From the NCBI GenBank assembly GCA_964016885.1, contig OZ024740.1, forward strand, positions 119,350,001 to 119,414,000: a stretch of DNA of 64,000 bases, given 5' to 3'. The position numbers were made by a program, and so were the translations under genes. The notes below the pieces were generated by a model, which was given only the letters and a program-made list of their open reading frames with translations, was not told the DNA's origin and did not search any database. The stretch comes from Eledone cirrhosa (taxonomy: Eukaryota). Positions 24,051-36,929 of this stretch are shown here, in pieces. Each line of letters starts with the position of its first letter. The stretch's first letter is position 1.

Positions 24051-27000
24051 ATATGTTTCTTTTATTTGCCACCAGGGCATCAAAAGTGGGACAAGTACAA
24101 TGGGGGGAGTTTACAAAACAAGGCGTCCTCAATAAGGAGGAGGCAATAACAATATATAAAAATAAAATAAAATATAACAAAAAATAAAATTTATAACAAA
24201 GTCCTCAATAGAGAGGAGGCGCCTTGGGGGGTCGCACACACCCCCGAAAAAGTGTGCAACCCTTCTCCTCAGGAGCACAGAGAAGGGATGCTCCCTTGGT
24301 CTTTCATCTTCCTCACCTATAGTCTGATGTAGAGTGAAGGCCCATTCACACGGGCCATTCTCGCCACTTTCACCCATCTTTCATAGAAACGGCTGGGGTG
24401 CAGCACCTCTCTCTCCATCCTGATCCTTCTTCCGAAATGATATCGGAACAAATGGACCAGTTGTTAGCCAGAGAGAAAGGTGTCTGACCTCAGTCCTTTC
24501 AGACGCGTCCACCATACAACCTCTTTCGCCATGGCTATTACGCACAGAAACACGGCCTCTCCTTCGTTTTTGAAGAGGGGAAGCGGCTTGATCGTTACAA
24601 TAGACTCGGTGGTCAACCGGATTGGTCCCACCCTTGACAGCAGTTGTTCGACAAACCCCACAGATCGGCAATGCCCGAGCAGTGTACCAATGCGTGTGCA
24701 ACGGTTTCCTCGTCGCACACGCATCTGGGACAGATCTTTTTCGATGGGTCCCTACCCGGGCGCCCGTGTCTGTAGAGCCTTTCTCGAACGGGCAGAGCCC
24801 TTCTGTAGCATTGCCAGGCCAGGGACCTCTGGAAGTTATCCATGGGTCCCGGGCTGAATGTCCTACCGAACAGGTTGGCCAGTTCGTCTTCCTCCATGCC
24901 TAGGGCTTCTCCGAGGGCGTCGTTGCACCTGCTAACCACCAGCCCTCTATAGAATGACGAGGTGGATTCTCCACTGACAGCCGGGTCCGCCTGCCAGAGA
25001 GCCGTGAGTGCCTGGGCACACTCGGTGTGCCAGGCGCCCAGTTTTCTCGGTCTTTGCTTGACCCAGGATTGCAGCTCGGTGAGTGAGACGAGTCTGGGAA
25101 AGGCTCGCCTCACAAACGGGGACCACACCGGTTGACCGGAGAGGAATACCTGAAGGTGCCGTAGCCTTAATGCGTGTTTACGTATCATTAGCCACGGCAT
25201 TCCCAGCCCTCCTTTCGAAGGGTGTTGACAGCAGATGGATCTCCTCACTATAGGAGCCCGCTTCTTCCAAAGGAATTGGAAGAGTGCGCGCTCCATTTTG
25301 GCGAGCGTTTCCCTTGGGCAAGGCACAACGGTCAGGCGGTAGTATATGACGGACGCTATATAAGTGTTCGCCACCTCCGCCCGTCCTTTCAGGGACAGTT
25401 TGCACTCGGCCCACTTCTGGGTCAGTGCAAACACCCTGTTCGTCACCTCACCCCAGTTCTTCTCCACCTGGAGGTCTGGTCCGAACCAGACCCCGAGCAA
25501 CTTCACCGGGCCCTCCGTCCAGCGCCCGACGACGCCATCGGAGGGCATCGATCTGCCCCTCCACGTGCCGAGTTGCAGACCGATCGACTTGTCCCGGTTC
25601 AGCTTAGCCCCTGTAAACCTTTCGTACTCCTCCAGTAAGGTGCCGATCGCCCTGATTTCCGAGGCCGTCGACACCATTACTGTTACGTCATCGGCGTAGG
25701 CTGACACCGCTTTCCGCAATCCCGGTTCCAACGGGATGCCCTGCAACAACTCCAACTTCCGCAGCAGTGGCTCTAGAGTCATTACATACAGAAGGGAGGA
25801 GAGAGGGCACCCCTGTCGGATGGACCGCGCGATTTCGAACGGCTCCGAGAGGTAGCCGTTCACCTTGACCCTAGAGCAGAAGCGGCTGCTGTGCATGGCA
25901 TTGATCCAGCCCCTGAAAACGGGTCCGAAGCCTGCCGCGGCTAGCACCGCATCCAGGTAACCATGGTCGACCCTATCGAATGCCTTAGATTGATCCAAGT
26001 TGATCAGGGCCCCACCAAAGCCGGGTTCGTTCCCAACCCTCTCTATGATGTATCGCATGAGGTGGACGTTATCGTGGATGGACCTGGACGGGATAGCACA
26101 TGTCTGCGCATCTCCCACCAGGTTGCCCACGACAAGCGCCAACCTCTTTGCTAGCACCTTGGCCAAAATCTGTAACTCTGTATTTAGCAGAGTTATGGGC
26201 CTGAAATTATTTATATCGTCCCCCTTGTTCTCGTCCTTCCTCACTAGCGTGACTACGCCCTTGGTCATAGCACTGGGAATTCTCCCGTTCTGTTGCCAGT
26301 TGCAGTAGACCGCCTGGAGGAGTTCGGGGAACAAGTCCGGCATAGCTAGATATAGTTCGTATGGAAGACCATCGAGACCCGGGGATTTGCGTTTGCCGCA
26401 TTGGCTCAGCACGTCCTCTATCTCAGCGGCTGAAATCGGCTCCTCGCAGGACTTCGCCTCCCTGTCCGAGAGACGCGGCAGGCCGTCGAGGTATGGACCG
26501 AAGTCCACGTCCCCAACCGGCCCCCCGCCCCTTCCGAACAATCCGGCAAAGTGCTTTTGAAAAGCCTCGCACATCTGCTTAGGTTCAAGGATCACCCGTC
26601 CATCCTGGTCTCGCAAAGACCGGATAGTGGATCTGCTCCCTCTTTTGGCTTCTGTCACGCGGGCCCAGCTAACAGCTTTGGTCCCCTCGTTTCCCAGAGC
26701 ACGTATTTTGCTTCGGACGATGCAGCCTTCGTGTTTCGCGTCGAAGAACTGGCCCAGGGCCGTTCTCGACGCTAGCACTCTGGCCACGCCGCCGCTTCTA
26801 ATTGCCTCTTCTACACTATCTACCAACTCCCTTTCCTTCCTATTTCTATTTGAGGCTAACTCCTTACTAAATTCTATAGAGACTACTCTAATCTCTCTTT
26901 TGAGAGATCCCCACCACCTGCTGTTGACGATGGCGCCCGTCAACCGCTCCTTAACTAAAGTGCTAATCCGGTTCCTGTAAGCCTTACTTGCCGGTAAGGA

Positions 27001-27934
27001 CAAGTTGAGCTTCCAGTAACCGGGTCCCTGTCTATGAGTTCTGTCAAGGTTGACCATGCAGGTCACTAATTTGTGGTCTGAATAGCCAACCATGCGCATT
27101 TTTGGACAACTTAAAAAGTCCTTATCCTTAATTCTAACTAAGAACCTATCTATGTACGACCTAGATGATCCGCTACGATTTGCCCAAGTCCAGGTTGGCG
27201 CAGTCGTAAAATCTAGTCGAATATCTAGTCGATATCTATCGGCCAGGTCAAATCGACCGATTAACCCTTTGAGGCTATTACACCCCTCTCTATCGGGACA
27301 GGCCCCTACGTAGTCCCAGCGTGCATCTAGGATACCATTCCAGTCCCCCACTAATAGAAAAGTCTCCAGACGATGGAAGAAGTCCGGCCGCATTGACCCG
27401 AAAGGGCCGTAGGCGGCTACCAACCTAAACGCTCCGCCTTTAACACTGCCAAGGTCCAGAACCACTAGTCGACCCTCCGGGTCCAAATGTACCATCTGTG
27501 TTGCGAGACCCAGATGTTTTTGCAGCAGAACGACAACTCCACCCCCACCACCGGGCTGACAGAGAGATGCGTGCATCTCAAAGTCATCAAAGGTGGGGGC
27601 CAGCTGTCGCACGTTGCTGATCCGGGCCTCGCAAATAACCATCACATCTATACGTTGTGACCTGAGGTCATTTAGAAGCATTGCTTGCTTCCAAGTTGAG
27701 CCCAGGCCACGCGCATTTAAACAGCCTACTCTTAGCATAGCCATGTTGGTGGTGAAGAGAAAAGGCACTTACCTCTCTGCGTCCCGGGTATCGGGCTGCA
27801 CAATTTCCATTAGGGTGAGGGATGGGTTGTTGGGTGGGGGGGGGGGGGTTGTGGAAGTGTAGAGGCATCAGTGTGTTGTGTGGTTGGGGAGCTTGGAGTT
27901 GTGTGGGTGTTTGGGGAGGGGTGGGGTAGTTTTT
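24050..27934 (-). mobile_element. Tx1/L1-clade LINE, truncated just upstream of ORF2, ending in a (TTTA)n tract
   Basis: GC-rich 3.9 kb block containing an APE-RT-CCHC ORF; 3' aataaaagaaa followed by the microsatellite. Confidence 0.92.
24613..27768 (-). CDS. Tx1-like ORF2: AP endonuclease + reverse transcriptase + CCHC zinc knuckle (frameshift near the C-terminus)
   Basis: LNARGL, GDWN, IDRF, SDH, GYWKLN, KSPGLDG, FRPITLLN, DQSKAFDRV, RQGCPLS, AYADD, KGGLG, CPRC...ETVAHALVHC. Confidence 0.95.
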   Translation of the reverse strand: MPFLFTTNMAMLRVGCLNARGLGSTWKQAMLLNDLRSQRIDVMVICEARISNVRQLAPTFDDFEMHASLCQPGGGGGVVVLLQKHLGLATQMVHLDPEGRLVVLDLGSVKGGAFRLVAAYGPFGSMRPDFFHRLETFLLVGDWNGILDARWDYVGACPDREGCNSLKGLIGRFDLADRYRLDIRLDFTTAPTWTWANRSGSSRSYIDRFLVRIKDKDFLSCPKMRMVGYSDHKLVTCMVNLDRTHRQGPGYWKLNLSLPASKAYRNRISTLVKERLTGAIVNSRWWGSLKREIRVVSIEFSKELASNRNRKERELVDSVEEAIRSGGVARVLASRTALGQFFDAKHEGCIVRSKIRALGNEGTKAVSWARVTEAKRGSRSTIRSLRDQDGRVILEPKQMCEAFQKHFAGLFGRGGGPVGDVDFGPYLDGLPRLSDREAKSCEEPISAAEIEDVLSQCGKRKSPGLDGLPYELYLAMPDLFPELLQAVYCNWQQNGRIPSAMTKGVVTLVRKDENKGDDINNFRPITLLNTELQILAKVLAKRLALVVGNLVGDAQTCAIPSRSIHDNVHLMRYIIERVGNEPGFGGALINLDQSKAFDRVDHGYLDAVLAAAGFGPVFRGWINAMHSSRFCSRVKVNGYLSEPFEIARSIRQGCPLSSLLYVMTLEPLLRKLELLQGIPLEPGLRKAVSAYADDVTVMVSTASEIRAIGTLLEEYERFTGAKLNRDKSIGLQLGTWRGRSMPSDGVVGRWTEGPVKLLGVWFGPDLQVEKNWGEVTNRVFALTQKWAECKLSLKGRAEVANTYIASVIYYRLTVVPCPRETLAKMERALFQFLWKKRAPIVRRSICCQHPSKGGLGMPWLMIRKHALRLRHLQVFLSGQPVWSPFVRRAFPRLVSLTELQSWVKQRPRKLGAWHTECAQALTALWQADPAVSGESTSSFYRGLVVSRCNDALGEALGMEEDELANLFGRTFSPGPMDNFQRSLAWQCYRRALPVRERLYRHGRPGRDPSKKICPRCVCDEETVAHALVHCSGIADLWGLSNNCCQGWDQSG

Positions 27935-28588
27935 AAATAGATAAATAGATAAATAAATGAATAGATGGGTATATCGTGTTATAGATAATTGTTTTAATGA
28001 GTTATGAGGGGTATTGGTTTTGTATTTAGTGTAAGTAAATATTAAGTTAAATTAAATTAAATTAACTGAGTTAATAAGAATATTTATATTTATATATTTT
28101 AAAATGGGAAGATACGGACAAACTCCAGTTTTGTGCATTTATTCGTTAGTATGAGACTATTTTGTCAAAATAAGTATAAAGGATGAAAGATATATTTAGC
28201 CAGAATTAGTTAGTGGTTATAAATCTAATAAAAGATATTGAAAAAATATTAAAAATTTAAGAAAATAATTTATAAGAGATAAGTAATTTTTTTAAAATAA
28301 GTATTTTTAAAAAGGGATAAAAAATTAAAGAAATAAAAAATAAAATATAAAGAATTAAAAATTATTAAGATTAAAATTACAATTAAAATTACAATTAAAA
28401 TTAAAATTGAAAATTAAAATTTAAAGAAATTAGAATTATATATGTATATATTTTATGAAACTTTAAGAAGTGAAATTATAGCAAATGTTATAGCTATGAT
28501 TTAGAGAAATAAATATATTAAAACCAAGTGGATAAGATTGTTATGGAAATAAGTAGAAATATTATAAGTGTAATTATAATTTATATAT

Positions 28589-29669
28589 AGTTCTAAATGT
28601 TGAATTCAGGCGATGTCTACAAGAATTAAATAAATTCGTTCTTAGATTAATAGAGTTCTTACATTTAAGTTTTAAAAAAATTTCCTCAACACACAATTTG
28701 CAGAATCTAGATAAAGCTGTGTTTCAGTACGCGGGTGCTTGAAATGATTTCCCAAGTTAATGAAAAGTCAATATTTTTGCATTTTAAGTTGCATATCAGG
28801 TTTGAAATAGAAGTTGAAGATTTTTTATCAAATCTTCGGAAAGAGCATTGTGATTATTCCAGCGACCTTTAAATTATGTAGAAGTTGCACCTACATAGTT
28901 AAATGTATTATCACTGGTTTTGACTGTACATTTATAGACCACGTCCTTATCTAAACACTTATTTTGTAAAGGACAGTTTAATTTAATTCTACAGTTACAT
29001 TTTGCGGTTATTTTGGCTAGGGTTTAAATTTCTATTATTGATTCTATTTATATTTTGGGCTATGTTCATAGTAGTAGAGTAGGATAGTAGACATACTATA
29101 AAACTATCCTACTCTACTACTTTGAACATAGCACATAATATAAATAGAATCAATAATATAAATTTAAACCCTAACCAAAATAACCAAAATAGCAGTAATA
29201 TATCTAGCAATATCCAATATAATAGTACCGTTCTGAATAACAACAACTCCGCAAAATGTAACTGTAGAATTAAATTGAACTGTCCTTTGCAAAGTAAGTA
29301 TTTAGATAAGGACGTGGTCTATAAATGTACAGTCAAAACCAGTGATAATATATTTAACTATGTAGGTGCAACTTCTACAGAATTTAAAAGTCGCTGGAAT
29401 AATCACAATGTTCTTTCCGAAGATTTGATAAAGCATCTTCAACTTCTCTTTCAAACCTGATATGGAACTTAAAATGCAAAAATATTGACTTTTAATTAAC
29501 TTGAGAAAACATTTCATAAGCACCCGCGTACTGAAACACAGCTTTATCTAGATTCTGCAAATTGAGTGTTGAGGAAATTATTTTCATACTTAAATGTAAG
29601 AACTCTATTAATCTAAGAACGAATTTATTTAATTCTTGTAGACATCGCCTGAATTCAACATTTAGAACT
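28589..29669. mobile_element. ~1.08 kb fold-back of a Naiad-type GIY-YIG coding region (centre ~29095); frameshifted; left arm has a deletion
   Basis: CNCRIKLNCPLQ..VVYKCTV..YVGATSTEFKSRWNNH appears on both strands; centre agtagagtaggatagt...actatcctactctact. Confidence 0.88.
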
Positions 29670-30343
29670 GATGTTGCTGTTCCACTCATATTTTCTATTT
29701 AATTTTGGTTGCAATTCTTTTATGTTTATTGCCTCTGTAATTTGTCTAAACATTGCGTCTTTTCTGTGTGTAGAATCTACACACAGAAAAGACGCAATGT
29801 TTAGACAAATCACAGAGGCAATAAACATAAAAGAATTACAACCAAAATTAAATAAAAAATATGAGTGGAACAGCAACATCACAACTTACAATTAAGGACA
29901 AAATGAAAAGACACACACACATAGAACAAACAACCAACCGGTAACATGTAAATAAACAAATAAATAAACGAATATAAAGACACACAGACACCCGGATGTG
30001 GCGCATGCGCAGACTGAGCACACAACACACACACATAAACAAAATGGCGTAGGACAGAACAAAGGAGAGGCACAAAAACAAAGAAAATAATCCCCAGTCA
30101 CTGAAGAGGTCACATAATGTGTGACGAAAGATCTTCGACAATATATAAACAACTATCTGGTTGTGGAACCAACCAACCAGAAATTTATAAATTCCTAAAT
30201 TTATAAATTTATTATAATAAATTGAAGTGAAATCAACAGGTGCGTGTGTTTCTTATTGGCAACATGACCCTCCCAAAGCATAACAATATCGGTTTCAACA
30301 CACGTTTTCAGATAAAGAATCTTGCTAAACAAATTCAGAAACG
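29670..30343 (+). mobile_element. Second PLE family: 211 bp fold-back (29670-29880) of a GIY-YIG C-terminus, then 3' UTR, hammerhead (30097-30139) and tail into (TA)n
   Basis: HRKDAMFRQITEAINIKELQPKLNKKYEW; gtca CTGAAGA ggtcac..gtgac GAAA gatctt; strong homology to 16200-16503. Confidence 0.85.
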
Positions 30344-30360
30344 ATATATATATATATATA

Positions 30361-30973
30361 GGGCGGGTAAAATACCCGAGATCCATGCACGAGTTCTCTC
30401 CAGCGGTCTCTGTCCCTCATTATCGCTGCCATGTCCTGCGTCTCCAACAGACCAGTGTCTGTCCTTAGGGCATCAACATACGTTAACGTTGATCTTCCTC
30501 TTCCAGTGTGTCCATGTAGGGGCTCCCACAGGAGCAATAAGTGCAATGTCAACTCTGGATGTCGGTGAGCATATCCAGCTAACCTCAGTCTCCTCTGTGT
30601 CACTTTTTAGCTGACTTTTGGGAGGCTCCCATACAGCTCTGAGATTATCATCCTCAGTGTATACTGATTAAAGTTCAGAGCCATCCTCCGCATTCTCATC
30701 TGAGTGAGTTTCTTGGTTAGTGTCCAAGTCTCAGACCCGTAGAGCAGCACAGACTCCACTACAGCAATGAAGAGGCGGATTTTCAGGTCTTTACAAAGGT
30801 CCGGCTTCCACACCGATCTCAAGCTGTGGCACGCCGCCCAGGATTTGCTTTTTCTCTCAACCGCATCATCTTCCGTATTCCCAATCTTTGCTCCCAAATA
30901 CAGGAAGCCCTCAACCAATTCTAGCAGCTTTCCGTCTACATTAGTGATCCCCTCTGGCTTCTCAACATTATCA

Positions 30974-30976
<3 letters not shown>
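30361..30976 (-). mobile_element. RTE-like LINE 3' fragment
   Basis: VEGFLYLG, VESVLLYGSETWTL, RRLRLAGY, GRGRSTLTY, MRDRDRWR. Confidence 0.85.
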
Positions 30977-31023
<47 letters not shown>

Positions 31024-31144
31024 TGAGATATATATATATATATATAATAAAGTATGTGTTCCCACGTGTAAAAAATACATATAGTAAGTACAGCGAACTT
31101 TTTTTTATTTATTTTAAAACCTTTTCTCTTTTTGCTAAACATTG

Positions 31145-31222
<78 letters not shown>

Positions 31223-34200
31223 TACATGCACACATGTTTAAAGGCTGTTTGCATTTCCATACGTCTCTGTGTACAAGTTTGTTACTTTTGTTGCTATTGA
31301 TGTTGTGGATCAATAACTCTTCAATGAATTATCTTAAACCTGAATCTATAACATATGATCAATTCTATATTGAATAATCCCCCCTCCACCTATCTTGGTA
31401 CTACCATCAGTAAAATATTACGTAAAAAATTATCATTTTATCTCTTCATAAATTTGGTATTCAATGCATAATTAAGAATTCACTCAAGTCATTATTATGA
31501 CTATATGTACGTATGTGTGTGTGTATGCGTACACGTATGTGTGTTTGTGTGTGTGTATTATTTTTTTATGTTATTGCTTCAATTCAACTTACCTCTCTCT
31601 ATTGCTTGTATTTCTATGTGGAATCTGATAAAGCACTAGGGCTATCAATATACATTTTGGTAAACTATAAACAGAGAAAAAGAAAAAGTAAATTTTACTT
31701 TTAATTAAATATACCATTACAAATATATCCTTAATTATATTTTATTGAAATTCCTATTAAAATCGGGAATGTTTAAAAAGAATATGATTAGACATAAAGT
31801 AGGTAACAATGAAATTAAGTTACAGTTTGGTTAAATGTTAATATTGTGAACATTGGCATACAGAATGATGTGTTGTTGAAAGAATTTAATATATGAGGAA
31901 TGAAAAGTAAAATAATATTGGTTTGAAAAGATTGCATTATTTCGAACTTTAGATTGATATTAGCAATATTATGAAGGTAATTAGGTACTTTTCATATCTA
32001 CTTTATTATCATACATTATAGTTTTGTTAAGATTTGATCTTGTTCTTGGAAATTGATATTCTTTGAAGTTTAGTTTTCAATTCAAAAACTAAATTTTTCT
32101 TAGAATAATATCTTACTTGAAAATATATTTCTTTGAAAAAATAAGCTTTTTTGAAAATTCATATTTCTTGTAATATTTACAATTTTAGATTTCTCTGCAA
32201 CACTCATCCCCACTCTCTATCTATCTATTAATCTAATTCCCTCTTTGCAATGTTTGATCAGTGTAGTTAAGTTTGTGTTAACACATACCATGCAGTGATT
32301 ATCAAATAGTTAATCAAAAGTAATTATACAGGGAGGAAAGGATTTGAGCAAGGATGAAAGTGATAGGGTGAGAAGAAGTATGAAAATAAAGTTGGAAGGA
32401 AGTATAGAAACGGGAAGACGATGAAAGACATGGTGAAAGATGATGGTGGAGAAAATGAATTCCTGAGTTGATGAAAGGTGCTGTTGATGATAAGGCAAAA
32501 TGGAGAGTTTTTTTCATAGGACCTGCATGGTTAACCTCAGCTGCCAGAGGGAAAGTGGCTTTACAATATTTACTATTTTGGTGAGGGAAAGACAGTGGAA
32601 CAATAACTAATACCACTTTAGACAATTTAACAATTATGGGAAATCACTTTGGATATGTTTTAATCTTATTTAACTCCTCAGGAATGCATAGACAGTAGGC
32701 CAAAATCTATGTTTTGTATGAGAGAAATATGACTGGAGTTTTCTCTTGTTACTACCTGGATTCCTTAAAATAATACTAGCCACTAAATAATATTGTCTTT
32801 ATTCCATCTCACAATTATTTTTAATTAGTTTCTTAATGCTGTATTTTACCTGTATCAGCATTTCTCAGAAAATAGATTTCTATCAATGGAGCATTATAAT
32901 TAGTTAAAAAGCTATACACTCAAATAAATTTACAACGATTTAATTTTATTAACTTAAATCTACCAAAATGCTAAAACAATATTTCAGATATAAAAAAAAG
33001 TGTTTCAACATACTTCTCTTCTATATCTGAATTATGCACAGTTAAATAGATATATAACCCTTTACATATCAATAATATGGAAACACTTAAGTCTGTATTG
33101 ATATCAGGCTTTTTGTTTTCCTTTCAACATATCATAAAACACTAATACGAAGGTCATAAATTAATAAACAAGTACAGAATTGTTTATGTGTGATACTGGA
33201 TATCTAAGTAACTAAATATTTTTGTGGAAAACAGAGGTGGAACCATTTTACATTGTTCAGGCATCTCTAATGCTTACACAAACTAACATAGCAAAAGTAT
33301 TACAACATACATGCACATAAAGTCACATTCCATATGCTTTGTCAAATACTATTAAAAAATATTTTGTTATTCTTATATTTTGGATGGTTTTTAGCTGCCA
33401 GGAATATCACTGAGCAGCATTTGAACTCAAGGAGATAGAAAAATGAAAATTGAAATAAAGATAAATTCTAACTTTTATTTCAACCCTTTCTCTATATTAG
33501 TCTCATAAATGTTTAGTGACAATACTTAGTTTAAGTTATATGTAATATAATTCTAGTAGTGTTTCAGGCTACATCAATCTTAATCCTATTGTTTCCAGTC
33601 TCTTTTAGCAGAATAACACACTAACTACCATGTGTTAAAAACATGTTTTCTATGCTCAACTAAATTATGCTTTTGCTGCTCAGATAAGGCATGGATTCAC
33701 TGATATGCTAAGGTGCTTTCCATTTACTTTTTAATTTTCATGCTGTAGCTAGGACTTCGGGTATATTTTTACATTTTTTTAACTGATCCTTTATCTTACT
33801 GAGACCAGCTTTCCACTGGGTATTGCCCAAATGCCCATAATACCAATCCACGACTGCGTATTCAATTACATCGTTGTTATATCTAACCAACAACATCATC
33901 ATCAATGTGTGAAGATTTGTGTAACTATTTTAGTTAAGAAATTAATTCCATATTCTTACTTTGATATTCCATAGCAATTAAGATGTACTTGTTTATATAA
34001 AATGTACCCTTATTTTGAAAAAGAAATTTTGAAAAAAATGTTATAGTAGTATTAAAAAGATTTTTATTGAACAAATATTCAACCAGATTTTAAAAAACGG
34101 TGTATTATTTTAAGCAGAAAAGTACTCAAAAATGTTGTTATTTCGCACATCATTGAACAATGATTATTGAATGCTTTCACCATATATATTACCTATAATT

Positions 34201-34485
34201 GATTCCTAAGTTTTTTTACAAATTAGTAAGAAATGTAAATAGCTATACTTTTGAAGTAAAATATCAATATTAGCATTAATTAGGTATTAAAATAAACTAA
34301 ATTCTGCATACTAATATACATCTATATTTATACATGGCTTATGCATAGTATACATCACTGTCATCATCATTTTCATTACTGATATTTCTCTTTAAAAAAA
34401 AAACTATATACACAACTCCATATTGTTTTTGTTATCATGAACATCATCGTTATTCTCTTTTGCACATCGTAACTGCTTTACGTGC

Positions 34486-35640
34486 CTAGGGTATGATCAG
34501 TGTAGTTTCTGCTGCTGTTGCGTCTATTGTATTGATAATACTTTTAGTAATATGTGTGCCATGCCTAGTAGTACTATTTTTTGTATGCTTTATATATTTG
34601 TAATTACTTGAGTTTTGGTTTTGTATTTGTCTGTGTGTTTTTTTATCATTCCTAGAGCACCAATTATTATAGGTATTGTTTCTGTTTTCATTGATACTTC
34701 TAATAGATGTATGAATGATACATCTATTAGAAGGCATTTTCTTTTTTTTTTGTGGTCTTTCGCTATAATATCTGGTTGGTTGGCTTTGATCTCTCTGTAT
34801 GTATTGGCATATCTCAGAGAATGGTTGATTGGTCATTCTCTGACACTTTTTCTGGTGTATTTTTGTACCATCATTGTTCTGTTGGTATTTCACAATGCTG
34901 GCTTAATCTCCAATGTATGAAGGTCCTATCTCTATCATGCCTGTGGATATATTGCTTTTTGGCTTAAGCTGAGCATCCAGAAATCATGTGGTTGATTGTT
35001 TCTTCTGTATCTTCACATATTCTACAGTTACCGACTGTGCTTTGTTTCATTACGTACTTCTGGTAGTTTTATTATTAGTATTTTATTCTTATTAGTCTTA
35101 TTTTTATTACTTGTTGTTACTTCATTACCAAACACAGATATGTGTGCCTAGTAACGCTATTTTATGTATGCTGTATATGTTTTAAGTCCTCGGGTTTTGG
35201 TTATGTATCTGACTGAGTGTTTTTCACCATTCATAAATCACCTACTATTATAGGGACTGTTTCTCTTTTTATCATTCACATTATATCACCAGATATTCAT
35301 ATTTGGATAATTTCTCCATTATCAGAGGTTTTTTCCAGATTTCCTCTATTCGGGATTGCCATAGCTTATCTTTTTCTACTCAGAATTTCATGTTTATTTG
35401 TTTTGTGAATCCATGTACTGTCTGCTGTAGTGTTTCCGGTTGTCTCTCATCTGCAGTTTAGAAGAACATTAAATCATCTATATACAGGAGATGGTTAATG
35501 TTCTTGCCATAGCATCTATAACCAAGTGTAGTTCACCTTAGTATCTCAGATAATGCTGTCAATGCAGAGCAGAAGTGGAATTGTGGAAGGGAGTCACCTT
35601 GAAATATCTCCCTGTTAATTGGAATAGGCTTTGTTTCTAT
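34486..35640 (-). mobile_element. R4/Dong-like non-LTR element remnant (RT + CCHC + restriction-like endonuclease), heavily deleted
   Basis: Minus frames: REIFQGDSL, INHLLYIDDL, CRICEDTEETINHMISGC, NQPDII..KCLLIDV. Confidence 0.75.
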
Positions 35641-36077
35641 AACTCTGATATCGTGTCGCGTCCTGTCCAGGAAGGAGTCCTTTACTTTCAGTCACTGAAC
35701 ACCATATAACAGGGATAAACACTGGTCTGATGAGCCTCCAGGCTGGAGACAGGCTTTCGACAGCTTCTATACATTTACCGAATTTCAGACAATCAACAAT
35801 CTATGTCTTTCAGTATTCATATCGCCAACTTTGTAAAATACTGACAGATGAAGATGTGCCTGACTTAATGTATGCTTATATAACAATCGTCTGAAATGTA
35901 CATTATAGTCTTTATTTAATAAATAGAAGTATAGAGAAGTAGAACAATTTGTTATATTTATTAACACACACACACACACACACACATATATGTGTTCATG
36001 TGCATGGATGTGTATATATATATAATAAAGGTGTATATGGAAGCATATATGATACGTTTGAGTTTTCTCATCAACGC

Positions 36078-36107
<30 letters not shown>

Positions 36108-36112
<5 letters not shown>

Positions 36113-36218
36113 AACCAGTATCGGGGTCTTACTGGTTCCTATTATCCACTCTACTACCTCAAGTATTGAGTACTTTGGTGCGTTATGGTCCACCTGGTTC
36201 CTTACCACATTTCCTTCG

Positions 36219-36220
<2 letters not shown>
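36108..36220 (+). mobile_element. Minimal PLE fold-back (13 bp arms) plus tail in (TA)n; same family as 1347-1554
   Basis: ataggaaccagta-tcggggtct-tactggttcctat, then a tail that is the reverse complement of 1347-1424. Confidence 0.8.
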
Positions 36221-36286
<66 letters not shown>

Positions 36287-36929
36287 GTATGTATGGTTGT
36301 ATGTATATATGTATGTATGTTTGTAAGTAGAAAATCACATTTTTCATTTAGTCTTTGATCAGATATTTTTTATATAAATGTTTCTTTCATTAAGTAAATG
36401 CTTACAATCTGGAACATACTAAATAGGTTTGCTCTTAAGCAAATGTTGAAACAATCAAGAGAGCTGATATATTGTAATAGGTTTATCTATCTGGGGGTCA
36501 TTATTTATGAGACGTGGTAACTATTATGGCTAAGTTATTTTAAATATTCAACACTATGATGAAAGAATTTGATATTCCCAAGATTATAATTATTTTTACC
36601 ATTTAATTAAATTCAATTCTCTTTTATCTATAGTGAATTCATGTTTATGATAAATCTTATAAGAGATTTTTTGTTTCTATGCAATTCAAGATGGAAATAT
36701 CCACCAAGTTCTTTAGTACTCAACATAATATTTCTTTTTAAACATTCTGGTATATAGCATCCTTGATTAGGCCTACAATGTGTGTCCTGTTCATCCAGTT
36801 TCAAGTTTGTTAAACTCATGAACATAGCTTTTGACAGCTGTTGCTCTGACAACAATAAAAATATTAACAGGACTGCCTTTTCTACTACACAGTTTAAAAA
36901 CACCCATTTAGCAATAATTAGAATCCTAT

